From Octopus sinensis (taxonomy: Eukaryota), in the NCBI RefSeq assembly GCF_006345805.1, contig NC_043011.1, positions 13,280,464 through 13,344,463 on the forward strand: a stretch of 64,000 nt of DNA. The letters are read 5' to 3'. The notes below the pieces were generated by a model, which was not told where the DNA came from, did not search any database, and worked only from the letters and a program-made list of their open reading frames with translations. Position 1 is the first letter of the stretch. Every line of letters begins with the position of its first letter. Position numbers and translations under genes: made by a program. Of this stretch, positions 12,189-23,465 are shown one piece after another.

Positions 12189-12600
12189 AATGGAAATTGT
12201 AGCTGTGATACCAGTGCTGGTGGCACATAAGAGAACCGTCCGAACGTGGCCATAGCCAGCGCCACCCCGACTGGCCTCCGTGCCAGTGGCACGTAAGAAG
12301 CACCATCCGATTGTGGCCGTTGCCAGCCTCGTCTGGCCCCCGTGCCGGTGGCACGTAAAAAGCACCATCCGATCGTGACCGTTTGCCAGCCTCGTCTGGC
12401 ACCTGTGCAGGTGGCACATAAAAAGCACCCACTACACTCACGGAGTGGTTGGCGTTAGGAAGGGCATCCAGCTGTAGAAACACTGCCAGATCAGACTGGA
12501 GCCTGGTGCAGCCTTCTGGCTACCCAGACCCCAGTTGAACCATCCAGCCCATGCTAGCATGGAAAACAGACGTTAAACGATAATGATGATGATGATGAGA
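12189..12600 (+). mobile_element. Repeat family A (RTE 3' UTR with tandem GGTGGCACGTAAAAAGCACC units, CCATGCTAGCATGG palindrome and (GAT)n tail)
   Basis: Further copies: + at 30455-30670, 37770-37978, 38825-39075, 44615-44885, 48185-48371, 50548-50785; - at 3275-3460, 16195-16310, 18585-18675, 29472-29615, 62679-62960, 63337-63707. Confidence 0.9.
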
Positions 12601-12934
12601 TTAGGGAAAGTGTACTTATCTTGAGGAAACATTGGGTCTGATGATATAGGGAACTGAGAGGGCATTTGTTGATGAAAACAAATGTAGTGAGGAAGTTGTT
12701 GTTGAGTCCTAGCTATGATTGAGCAAAACTGATCCAAAGCATTCTAACTTTGACTTCAGGTATCGTGCATCCAGGACTTTATTATCAAATGTGTCCTTCC
12801 CAGTTGTTTTTTAAGACAAAGGAGTATGAATTGAGGGAGATTTGGCAGCTATTTCAAGCAGGGTGGGCAACTGTGTAGAGGTTTTTCTCTGTGGCTCTTA
12901 GTGATGCAGTTTTAAAATCAGACAATTATTTCCA

Positions 12935-13320
12935 CTGTTACTCTCTTTTACTCTTTTACTTGTTTCAGTCATTTGACTGTGGCCATGCTGGAGCACCGCC
13001 TTTAGTTGAGCAACTCGACCCCAGGACTTATTCTTTGGAAGCCTAGTCCTTATTCTATCGGTCTCTTTTACTGAACCGCTAAGTTACGGTGACGCAAACA
13101 CACATGCATCGGTTGCAAGCGATGTTGGGGGAACAAACACAAACACACATATACATACATACGATGGGCTTCTTTCAGTTTCTGTCTACCAAATCTACTC
13201 ACAAGGCTTTGGTCAGCCTGAGTCTATAGTAGAAGACACTTGCCCAAGGTACCACACAGTGGGACTGAACCCGGAACCATGTGGTTGGTAAGCAAGCTAC
13301 TTACCACACAGCCACTCCTG
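12935..13320 (-). mobile_element. SINE family B copy
   Basis: Reverse complement of the 2303-2690 element. Confidence 0.9.
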
Positions 13321-14396
13321 TTATCTATAAGAATTAAGGAAAACAATTATAGCTATAGCATAGTTTTTTTGAGCTGTCCTAATAATTAAAGGACGAGAAA
13401 AGATGCAAGCTGTTGTACTCTTTTTTTATTATGAGAATGGTCGAAGTTACCAATGAAAGTACACTTTCTCTCAAAGTATAACTTATTTCCAAATGATGAA
13501 AACTTTCACTAAAATAAAATAGGAAAAATTTTTTTAAAATACCCAAAATCAACGAAGTTTAATCAATCATATTAATAGTTTATATTGAGAAGACTGATAC
13601 ATATCTCCTCCCCATCATCATTACTGTAATGTTCACTTTTTCATGCTTGCATGGGTTAGACAGAATTCATTAAGGCAGATTTTCTATGGCTGGATGCTTT
13701 CCTGGCATCATGATGATAATAGTTTAAAGAAAAAGCTTCTTTCAGAAAGAGTTATTTTGCTGCACTGGAAGACAGAAGTTATTATCAATGGAGAAATATA
13801 AAAGATTTGTTGGACAAAGAAGACAATATTTGTGTGACTACAAATTCAGTTAATTGTTTTCTAACTTGTAAAGATTTTGCGAATGGAGAAAGCAAAGTTA
13901 AGGATTATAAAATTGCATGTTTTTTAGATAAAAAGATGAATGAGAAGGGATCAAGGCTCTTAAAATACAGTGACATAAATAATGTAACAATTTGCAATAA
14001 AAATTTCAGAAAGCTACCTATTAAAATGAACACACAAGCCAGATAAAATCCATATTCCCCAGAAAATGAGAGAGATAGCTTGTTGTGAATAGTAAGTCTT
14101 CTTCTGGGGAAGAATGTACCAGTTAACAGAGATTGATTATGAATGACCTCAAAATGAGAGCTTGATGGAGTCAAATATAGAAAACAAACTAGAAAAGAAA
14201 GGCATGGAAGATGAAAGATCTCTTTACTCTACGTAATAACTTTCAAGAAATACTAAGTGATGCCTACACTAGAAGGTGAAGGGAATTCATAAGTGTGAGT
14301 TTTTAAAAACTTGTTAGCAGTTACAGACCAGATTTGTAGATGGAGCTAAGTTCTAGCCAAGAGAAGATCGACATAGAATAGTATATAAAAGTTAGT

Positions 14397-14700
14397 AGAG
14401 GCACATGGCCTAGTGGTTAGAGCAGTGGACTTGCGGTCGAGGGATCGCGGGTTCGAATCTCAGACCAGGCAATGTGTGTGTTTATGAGCGAAAACACCTA
14501 AGCTCTATGCGGCTCCGACAGAAGGTAATGGCGAACTTCTGTTGACTCTTTCGCCACAACTTTCTCTCACTCTTTACTCCTGCATCTTGCAGCTCACCTG
14601 CGATGGACTGGCGTCCCATCCAGGTGGGGAACCTATACACCAAGAAACCGGGAAACCAGCCCTTATGAGCCAGGCATGGCTCGAGAAGGAACAAACAATA
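14397..14700 (+). mobile_element. tRNA-derived SINE, family C
   Basis: Box A TGGCCTAGTGG, box B GGTTCGAATCT; ends GAAGGAACAAACAA. Confidence 0.88.
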
Positions 14701-15680
14701 TAAAAGTTAAGAGGTAAGGCTGGCAAGTATGGAACAAATTATATCAAGTAACTTGATGCCAAGTATTTCTAGCAAGAAGCTCAACGTAAGACATTTGCCA
14801 ATGTTCTGTGCCAGAGGAGTATAGGCATGCAAGACAGTGTGTTAGTGTATACCAAGAAGTTGTTGGTGAAAAAATGTGTCCATAATGATAGTGGCACACT
14901 TACTCTTCCTGGGACCAAGAAAAAGAGAAAATTGAAAATGCAACAACAATTGGTTCCTGAATGAGGAGAATGTGTACGAGAGGAAAGGATTATCACCAAT
15001 AGATTTAACAGATGGTAATAGGTATCAAGGTTAATTGCTGTGTGATTCAAATGGCCATTTAAGATATGATGGAAAGGTAAGCAGTAGGGGATCATCGGGG
15101 ACATTTGCCAAGACGTTGAAAATATCTGGTGAAGTTGAGTACATAGCAGTCCCTTACCTGGGCAATCAAGTAGTGCAAGGGAGGTTTATCCACAATGACT
15201 GGTATAGCATCAACTGCTATGAAGCAAAGAAGTAGTTTCAGAGGCATTGGCTTGATGTAGAACGAACATTCTAGCACAGGGAGTGAATTAATTAAAGTAA
15301 GAAACAGTTCATGTTTGTACCAGGAAGAGAAACCATTGATGCCATCTTCTTAATGAGACAACTACAAGACATTCTTAGCTAAGAGCAAACAACAAGCATT
15401 TGAGGATTTGGATAACATATTTGACAGAGTACTTATATCCTGTAATCTGATCATCATTAAGGAAATTAAGTGTAGGTAAATGGCTTGTGGAAGCCATATA
15501 CAGGTGTGAAATTAAGCAAGAAGTTCAGTGAGGATTTTAAGTGTTTATCAGGGTTCAGTCCTCAGCTCTCCCCAGTTCATTATAATCTTCTTGAGAAGTT
15601 TAAGTCAGACTGTCTGTGACACCAGTTAAGGAATTAGAAGAAAAGTTCAAATTGTGGAAACAGATGTAGGGGCTTGCTCA
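14700..15680 (+). mobile_element. Highly degenerate RTE reverse transcriptase fragment
   Basis: Remnants QFMFVPGRETIDAIFLMRQLQ and AFEDLD; many disablements. Confidence 0.65.
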
Positions 15681-16474
15681 GACTTACCTAACTGAGATTC
15701 AAAACAGAATCAACACACTTGTTGCTTATCAGATGACTGCCTGATTCCATTGTGTTTTATCTCCATGCTTAGAGATCAATGAGAAACATCTGACCTCCTC
15801 AGGCCTTTTCCAGTCATGGCAGGATCAGTCCATTGACCTACTTTCTGGCCACACCCTATATAACTGAGATCATCCCTCTCTCTCTCTCGCCCTCTTTGGT
15901 TCAATCAGCTAATAGAGAACACACATCTCTATTCATGTCAGTCATTAACCAAGAACAATAACATTGGCCGAATAGAAAAGGACAATGTAATCTTCACCCT
16001 GTCTTCCTCTCTCTCAGCAGAATGCACAGCTTACACACTACCAACTTCCCAGTATCCACCAGCACATCGTTACTATTGTCAATTACTACTATGTAGATTT
16101 TACAAACCACTGCTAGCAAATAAATTTGTGAATATTATTCCTTTCCTCTCTCATGTTGTTATTAAGCTGTTTCATCCTGCCTTCAACTAACTACGGTGCT
16201 TTTTACGTGCCACTGGCACGGAGGCCAGTCGGGGCGGCGCTGGCTATGGCCACGTTCGGACGGTTCTCTTATGTGCCACCAGCACTGGTATCACAGCTAC
16301 AATTTCCATTTACCACTACACAGGGTAACCCCGATGTATGCTCACATCTGTCTGTTACACAGGTCTAAAATAAGTGATATAAAGGTAAACTTAGCAAAGA
16401 CAAAAGACTTAAAAAACAAGAACTAAAACTCTTCTTCCATCTGGGAAGTAGTCATGCCCAGAATATAATATATA

Positions 16475-16960
16475 ATGAAATTATTGTATACAGTGCTCAG
16501 GTGCACCACAACTTGTCAAAAAGTGCGTATAAAGCATATGCAGTAATGTACAAATGTCTGGAAAGCGAACAGTGTATGAGTCAGATACATGCTTGTGTGT
16601 GTATGGAGGGGAGAAAATCAGGTGTAGTGTTGGAAAATATCAGGAAGCATGGAAGTTTTGAAGGATGCAGTGCTCCGACAACTAACAACTGATGCCAGCA
16701 GTTTGCTCCATGCTTCAGCAACTCTTAGCGTGAAAATTTTTCCCGAAAGTCATGGGAGCTGTGCTGTTTTCTGACTTTGTAAACATATCCACGGATGTTA
16801 GACGGGTGGAGTTTGAAAAGGTGCTCAGAGTTAAAAGGAGAATGTAAGATTTCTATACTGTGTACCTAATGCAAACTTGAGATGCACAAACGGTGCAGTA
16901 TGGTCTGAGGCAGGTTGACAGAGGACTTCATTTGTAATAGAAGCACACAAATAGTTAGGA
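16475..16960 (-). mobile_element. CR1-type LINE 3' fragment
   Basis: Homologous to 22985-23465; (ATT)-rich tail. Confidence 0.85.
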
Positions 16961-16989
16961 ATAAGAACACTCAAGAAATGAAATCTTCA

Positions 16990-17500
16990 GTTACATAGAA
17001 GGCTTGTTAGAAGTAGTTGATAGCTTCTAGGTGGCGTAATCAGCAGTGGAGATAGATATTGTCAGAATTTAGGACTATAGAAAAATGTCAAAAAATTATT
17101 ACCTCCATTGGTCTTTGAGAAAAATTATTACCTCCATTGGCCTTTGAGAGAAGAGCAAATTATATGATGCTTGTGTGCAAAATGTGATGCTGCACAGTAG
17201 TGAAATATGGACATTAAATACAGAGCAGGTGCAAAAGATAGGAAAAATTAGGCACATATATTCAGCAAGATGTATAATATCAGCATGCAACAATGATGAA
17301 GCACAGGTGAGGTGAACCATACAGGTGAGATGTATAATATCAGCATGCAACAATGATGAAGCACAGGTGAGATGAAAGGAAAAACGGCCATCGATGAAAT
17401 CAGATGTAGTGTACAAAAGAAGACCGTACTGGTATGGACATAAGATGACAAGAGACATTTATGTTGAAAAGAAGTTCTGGATGTAAAGAGAACATCTAAT
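16990..17500 (+). mobile_element. Degenerate RTE RT C-terminal fragment with internal tandem duplications
   Basis: YDACVQNVMLHSSEIWTL remnant; duplications with about 30-bp period near 17093-17141 and about 60-bp period near 17270-17372. Confidence 0.6.
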
Positions 17501-17587
17501 TAATAAATCAGTCAGTGCTCCATTCTGTTGCTTGTTATTTGTTCAGTCTATTCAACTCAACTGAACCAAAATTCTCTAAACAGTGCC

Positions 17588-17893
17588 ATGTTGTTTGTTC
17601 CTTCTCGAGCCATGCCTGGCTCATAAGGGTCGGTTTCCCGGTTTCTTGGCGTATAGGTTCCCCACCTGGACGGGACGCCGGCCCGTTGCAGGTGAGCTGC
17701 AAGATGCAGGAGGAAAGAGTGAGAGAAAGTTGTGGTGAAAGAGTCAGCGGAAGTTTCACCATTACCTTCTGCCAGAGCTGCGTAGAGCTTAGGTGTTTCA
17801 CTCATAAACATACACATCACCCGGTCTGAGATTCGAACCCACGATCCCTCGACTGTGAGTCCGCTGCTCTAACCACTAGGCCATGTGCCTCCA
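17588..17893 (-). mobile_element. tRNA-derived SINE, family C (inverted relative to the 14397 copy)
   Basis: High identity to the reverse complement of 14397-14700. Confidence 0.88.
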
Positions 17894-18040
17894 CAAACAG
17901 TGCCATGAAATATAACAACATATTAGATTTTAAGCATTCAACCAGAACATCAGAAAAATTAATTATTATAGATTTACAATAAATACAATAATAATTTTTT
18001 TAAGTAGATATGTAAATGGAGAAAGACTGCAATAACTTAC

Positions 18041-18484
18041 ATGTGTATGTATCATAAAATGTCCACCAAAGAGCACTATTTGGTGCAAAAACTAAAATTG
18101 ACACAAAGTATCCTCTGTAGAAACCTCTCAATCCATCTCGAATGTATATTTGTTGAATAATTTCTGGTACAGAACCAAAATTGGATAGACGGGCTTTTTC
18201 AGAAATGTGTAAAGTTTGTAATTTCATCAACTTTTGATCAACATCTGTCTTTTTAGAAGTTCTCTGTCCAAGCAGCATTATGTGTTGTGATACAATATCA
18301 ATAGGTACCGACATAGTCTGACCTACCAATGAAGCACCACCCCCAGAAATAAAGGAACGCAACTTGCTTTCTCTTAAATCAGAGTTTTCTTTCAGGAATT
18401 GCCGTGTAGTTTCATATGTTGAAATGTATCCAACTGTTGGTAAAACTTGTAACGCATTAATCCAGAATCCACGATAAAGGCCAA
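18041..18484 (-). CDS. SLC25A44: SLC25A44-like coding exon 2 (FGLYRGFWINALQ...SVPIDIVSQH...DGLRGFYRGY...PNSALWWTFYDTYT)
   Basis: Acceptor tttcatag at 18486-18485 and donor GTAAGT at 18040; 444 nt, phase 1 to phase 1; second carrier repeat motifs. Confidence 0.95.
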
Positions 18485-18839
18485 CTATGAAATGAAAGCA
18501 TATATGAGAATAAATAATTAATTTTTTATATCTGCTTTTTGTTTTATAACAAGATATCAACACAAAACATACTTCTAGATAAACATCATTATCATCATCG
18601 TTTAATGTCCACTTTCCATGCTGGCATGGGTTGGACGGTTTGACTGAGGACTGGTGAGCCAGATGGCTGCATAAGTACACAAATTCTAAGAAGAGTACAG
18701 TTGATTAAATTAAAACCCAATAAGTACTTTAAATTAGTCCTCGGTTTACCCACTTCAAAAGGAACGACTAAAGTTGACCTTGGAGAGATTTCAAATTTTA
18801 ATGTAGAGAGATCTAATTTCATAAAGATTTTGCCAGTCT

Positions 18840-19860
18840 ACTACCTTAAACAATAAAGATTATTTCTAAGAGAACACACGGTCAGAAAGTTTGGTGGAGG
18901 AGGCAGTAGAGTCAATATCATTCAGTCATAGGTGAAGCAAAGTTTGAGACAAGGTACTTGTCATCTGGAATGTTGTCAAGTACTCACAGCCCTCTGCTAG
19001 TTTGGTGATGCAGTAGGTTAAAGTTCCATGTTGGCATTTTATAGAGGATTAACAGGAGAGCAAAAGCAACAACGTTCTCGGGAAAATTCTGGATGTCGAT
19101 GAAAATCAATTGTTGGATCTATTCTAGAGGACTTTCAAACTGGAACCCATGGATGATTTCCATATATCTATCTTTGGCTAGGTAATGCTACTGGGCAGTA
19201 CTGCTGGTTTAAGATAAATTCTAAACCATGGAAATGCTTGTCCACAGCTGTGCACTGTCCAAGATGTGCACCAGGCAATGAAACCATTCTACATGCATTC
19301 ATAAAATGCACGGCAATGCTCGATCACTGGATGAGTGCATGCAGAATGGTTTAATGTTATGTTGAACAGCTGCTGTCACATGAAAAACAGATCCAGCTAT
19401 CATCAGCTTAGTCCACTGCGAAGATTATCCCACCACCTGGAAGGACAGGCAATTTTTATCTCTTTGTTGGCCTTGACAAAAGAGGTTGTGAGGTGGCCAA
19501 GACTGAAAAGTACCATCTTCCTTGGCCAAGCCCTCATCAGCATTTTCACCTTTCATTTAAAGGAGAAAGTTAGCGTGGTAAGCATGGTCTGAGTGAATAG
19601 ACCTGCTCTGAGTATGGACTTATTAGATTGAAGGAAAACACATGGGAAAGGGCACAAGCTTTAGTGGTCAGGGTAACCATGATTTTTGTTTGGTTTCCTC
19701 TGGTAGCCCTCAGAATTCTCTCATTTTAGGAAATTTTACTTTGAATTTTTTTGTTATTTCCCTTCTTTATATGATTTTTTGTTATTGTAATTCCACACTG
19801 TATTGTCTTGTACAATCCTTGATCTTTTTGTCAATCTTTTTGGTTAATAAACAAAAGATT
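18840..19860 (+). mobile_element. Degenerate L1/Tx1-type LINE 3' end
   Basis: Zinc-knuckle remnant CPRCAPGNETILHAFIKC; AATAAA near 19846 followed by (ATT)n. Confidence 0.6.
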
Positions 19861-20394
19861 ATTATTGTTATTATTATCATTATTATTATTAATATTATTG
19901 TTATTATTATTATTATTATTTTAATCCTGGGAATTAACTGTGTCAGTAATGCAATTTTTTAGGGAAGTGAATTGGCAGAATCGTAAGAACAGTAAACAAA
20001 CTGTTTTGCAAAATTTAGTTACAGCTTTACAAACTGAGTTGAAACCCTGCCAATTGCTAGTTCCTGTATTGAACTTGTAGTAAACTTATTACAGCTGATA
20101 ATATTTAATTATTTATTTCTCTCTTGGGTTTTAAATACAGGTTTTTGCCATTTTGGTTTTGGATGAAAATTTGAAGGATTTCTAGACAAGGTTATACAGG
20201 AGAAATATGTATGAAATATGATTCCATTTACTCTTATTTGAAATGGAATCACAAAGGGAAGCACTAGGGGTCATAATGAGGTGTGAGTAAGGTACTTAGA
20301 AACATAAACACAGAGCAAGTTCTAAGTTTCAGTAATAGGTGTTTAAAGATTGAATGCATCAGAGTTTGTCAGCATCACATCGTCACTTATTCAA

Positions 20395-20715
20395 TAAAAT
20401 CTCAGTGGTTAGTGGTATTTGGTTCACAATTGTAAGATCATGAGTTCAATTCCCAGCATTGTGTTGTGTCCTTGAGCAAGAAACTTTATTTCATATTGCT
20501 CCAGTTCACTTAGCTGGCAAAATGTGAGTTATACCTGCAATTCAAAAGGCCAGCCAGGTCACATTCTGTGTCATGCTGAATCTCCATGAGAACTATGATA
20601 AGGGTACATGTATCTGTGGAGTACTCAGCCACTTGCATGTTACTTTCACAAGCAGGCTGTTCCATTCATTGGATCAACTGGAACACTCATTGTTGCAACC
20701 AATGAAGTGCCAGTC
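20395..20715 (+). mobile_element. tRNA-derived SINE, family D
   Basis: Body ...GTCCTTGAGCAAG...CTCAGCCACTTGCATGTT...GCAGGCTGTTCC; related head also at about 39690-40010 (-). Confidence 0.75.
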
Positions 20716-21087
20716 GAGTATTTAGTAAATAAAATTATGCTAATCCATTACAGGAGCCTCTACATAGCTACTCAGTCTGCTAGAAATAGCAACCTACAAA
20801 AGAATTTTGTGCATATACAAAATTTACACCCTTATACTTACCTTAGAAACTATTATTTGCATTCCCCAGATTCATTAAAATTCATTAACCCATAAAAATA
20901 ATTATATGCATATTTCACATGTTCTCAGGAAAGAGCAAGTGTAACTTGCATATTTTCATAAAGCATATTGGAAATATGCAACCGAAATAAAGATTGAAAT
21001 GAAATTCTAGATTCAGTTTATCAGGAGCTAATTTCTACACTCTACTACTTTCCTAAAGGAACATATTACTGATATCTTGAAAAGAGA

Positions 21088-21493
21088 CATCGTCATCATT
21101 GTTCGACCGTGGTCGAGACAATGGAATTTACTATGCTACGCCAGACTTCACGGTCCATCACAGCATTACGGAGGTCCTGTTGCTGGATGCCTGTATCCCT
21201 GGAGATTACATCAGGGTAGGAGAGTGTGCGCCCTCTGGTATCGCGAGTGGATGGCTTCCAGAGGAGAAGAGTAGAAATTGCCTCGTTTTCAGCTCTACAA
21301 CAATGTCCAGCAAACTGGACTCTCCTACCTTTCACAAAAGAGAATACATATATTTGGACTTTGGTTGGATGACGCTTCCATGAGAGATTTTGAGCTCTCA
21401 TAAAGAGGCGAGTGTAAGTTCCATCCAACCGCCTCTCAAGCTTCTTTGATAACGTCCAGGTTCCTGAGCCATATAATAGAAGTCGAACAGTCA
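21088..21493 (-). mobile_element. 5'-truncated RTE-type LINE (family F)
   Basis: Near-identical to the 10051 copy; TSD-like AAAAGAG on both sides. Confidence 0.9.
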
Positions 21494-21715
21494 AAAAGAG
21501 CCAAGGGCCAATTCTGAAGGGGAATATTTGCTTAAATCAACCTACATGCACAAATGTTACTCATTTCACCAATCATTGATGGAATTTGAACACTGAAAAT
21601 AGAAGACCAAAGTTTGTAATCTGGTACTCTGTCAACTAATTGTTGAAGCAATATAATATTAAAAAGGCCCAGCAAAGAAATGGAATCAATATCAAAGAAA
21701 ATCCAATTTACTTAC

Positions 21716-21935
21716 AGACACTTTCATTTCTAGTAATTTTGATGAAGGCATCAATTGTTCCTTTGTATAAAGCTGTCCCACGTTGAATTTGTAATCGAGT
21801 TTTTATTAAGGAGAATGGATATAAGATTCCTCTTACAGAGAAGCTACTCAACATTGTTAAAGGAAAATATTTACTCTTATCCAGCATTTCAAATTCAATC
21901 ACTTGTAAATTAATATTGTTTACGTTAGTAGCCAT
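21716..21935 (-). CDS. SLC25A44: SLC25A44-like mitochondrial carrier, first coding exon (MATNVNNINLQVIEFEMLDKSKYFPLTMLSSFSVRGILYPFSLIKTRLQIQRG...ITRNESV)
   Basis: ATG at 21935-21933; carrier signature Px[DE/S]xx[KR]xRxQ (YPFSLIKTRLQ); recalled similarity to the human SLC25A44 N-terminus (IEWEHLDKKKF...YPFTLIRTRLQVQKG); donor GTAAGT at 21715, phase 1. The exon extends 5' as UTR to the acceptor ttttcag at 22159. Confidence 0.93.
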
Positions 21936-22159
21936 GACAAAAGAGACGTACAATTCTAAATCAGTGCAATATTGTATGTTACAAATTTTCAAAATCCATC
22001 CTGGTCCTTCCAGAATTCACTTCTAGCTTTCTTTCAGCTCATCTTGAATCAGTACATTTTGGTTAATTATAACGAAACTGACGAAATCAGCTGACATTTG
22101 ACAGTCATAATTACATAAATATTTAAGGAACCATTATAAGGCTCTTTTCTCTGGGGAAC
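21936..22159 (-). other. SLC25A44: SLC25A44 5' UTR part of the first coding exon
   Basis: Strong polypyrimidine acceptor (ttttttttcctttcaattttcag|G) at 22161-22160, implying at least one upstream non-coding exon. Confidence 0.7.
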
Positions 22160-22974
22160 CTGAAAATTGAAAGGAAAAAAAAAAGCTTATTGCAAATTTA
22201 AAATATAAAGAATTAAAGTTTTAATAAACATTGAAACTGTGTAAATTAGAAGTTCTTTAAAGAAAATAGAAAACACTTCGTTATGAATTTTGATAAAATT
22301 GATAGAATCTCTGTGACAGAAAAAGAAACAATTATAGAAGTGTTACAATAGTGAGCTAATTAATAACACAAGAAAACACACCTGAGAAGTCAGCTTCAAA
22401 GATTACACAAAATTTTGTAAGTATTGTATATAACAATATAAAGTGTAAAAAACAAAAAAAAACCTGCATGACCTTCAAAATTAATTTTTGAATTATTAGA
22501 AGAACCAGATTAGACAGACTATCATTAAGCCTACAATTAGTTAATGTAACAGTTGTTGCGTAGGCAGATACTAGATATTTCTAATGCTGGGTGTAATGAC
22601 ATTCTAACAGTTTACAAGTAGTTTATTGTTGAGTTATAATCTTTTATCTATTTATTTTTTTGTTTGTTGTAATGTCTTTATTCATCTAATATTGATAAAG
22701 CATGGACCAGTCTCACCCACATCTTATCAGGAAGTCGTAAGTCTTTCTTCCAGAGTAGTTTCCCTTCAATTTCTCGCATTAGGTGAGCTACTATTGCCAG
22801 TTAGGTGAAAGATTATGCAAAGTTAAATGACCAAGAATGAAAGAAACAAAATATTTGAAACAAATTTGGGGAACCTAAATGTGGTTGCGCAATCTGCTAG
22901 AAACAGAAGCAAAGGCATCTAAAATCATCCCATCACCATCTAAAACAATGTTTTAGTGACTACATTGATAATAA

Positions 22975-23465
22975 TGATAATAATGAAATTATTGCATACA
23001 GTGCTCAGGTGCACCACAACCTGTCAAAAAGCGCATATAAAGTATATGCAGTAATGTACAAATGTCTGGAAAGTGAACAGTGTATGAGTCAGATGCATGC
23101 TTGCGTGTGTATGGAGGGGAGAAAATCAGGTGTAGTGCTTGGCGAATCTCAGGAAGCATGGAAGTTTTGAAGGATGCAGTGCTCCGACAACTAACAACTG
23201 ATGCCGGCAGTCTGTTCCATGCTTCAGCAACTCTTAGCGTGAAAAAATGTTTCCGAAAGTCATGGGAGCTGTGCTGCTTTCTGACTTTGTAAACATGTCC
23301 ACAGGTGTTAGACAGGTGGAGTTTGAAAAGGTGTTCAGAGTTATTGTTAGTAAGATGGTTAATAATTTTATGGGTGTCTGCCAAGTCAGCTGCCAGACGT
23401 CAGAGTTTCAATGTGTCCATGCCCAGGGAATTAAGGCATTCAGAATATGGCAAATGCCTGATGGA
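22975..23465 (-). mobile_element. CR1-type LINE 3' fragment
   Basis: RKHFFTLRVAEAWNRLPASVV...FKT motif typical of the CR1 C-terminus. Confidence 0.88.

Noticed and set aside
14397-14475. tRNA-like sequence
   Set aside because: It is the SINE head; it continues into a SINE body and lacks a proper acceptor stem.
21936-21992. Extended SLC25A44 N-terminus from the ORF track (MKICNIQ...)
   Set aside because: It starts at TTG; the first in-frame ATG is 21935 and matches homolog length.
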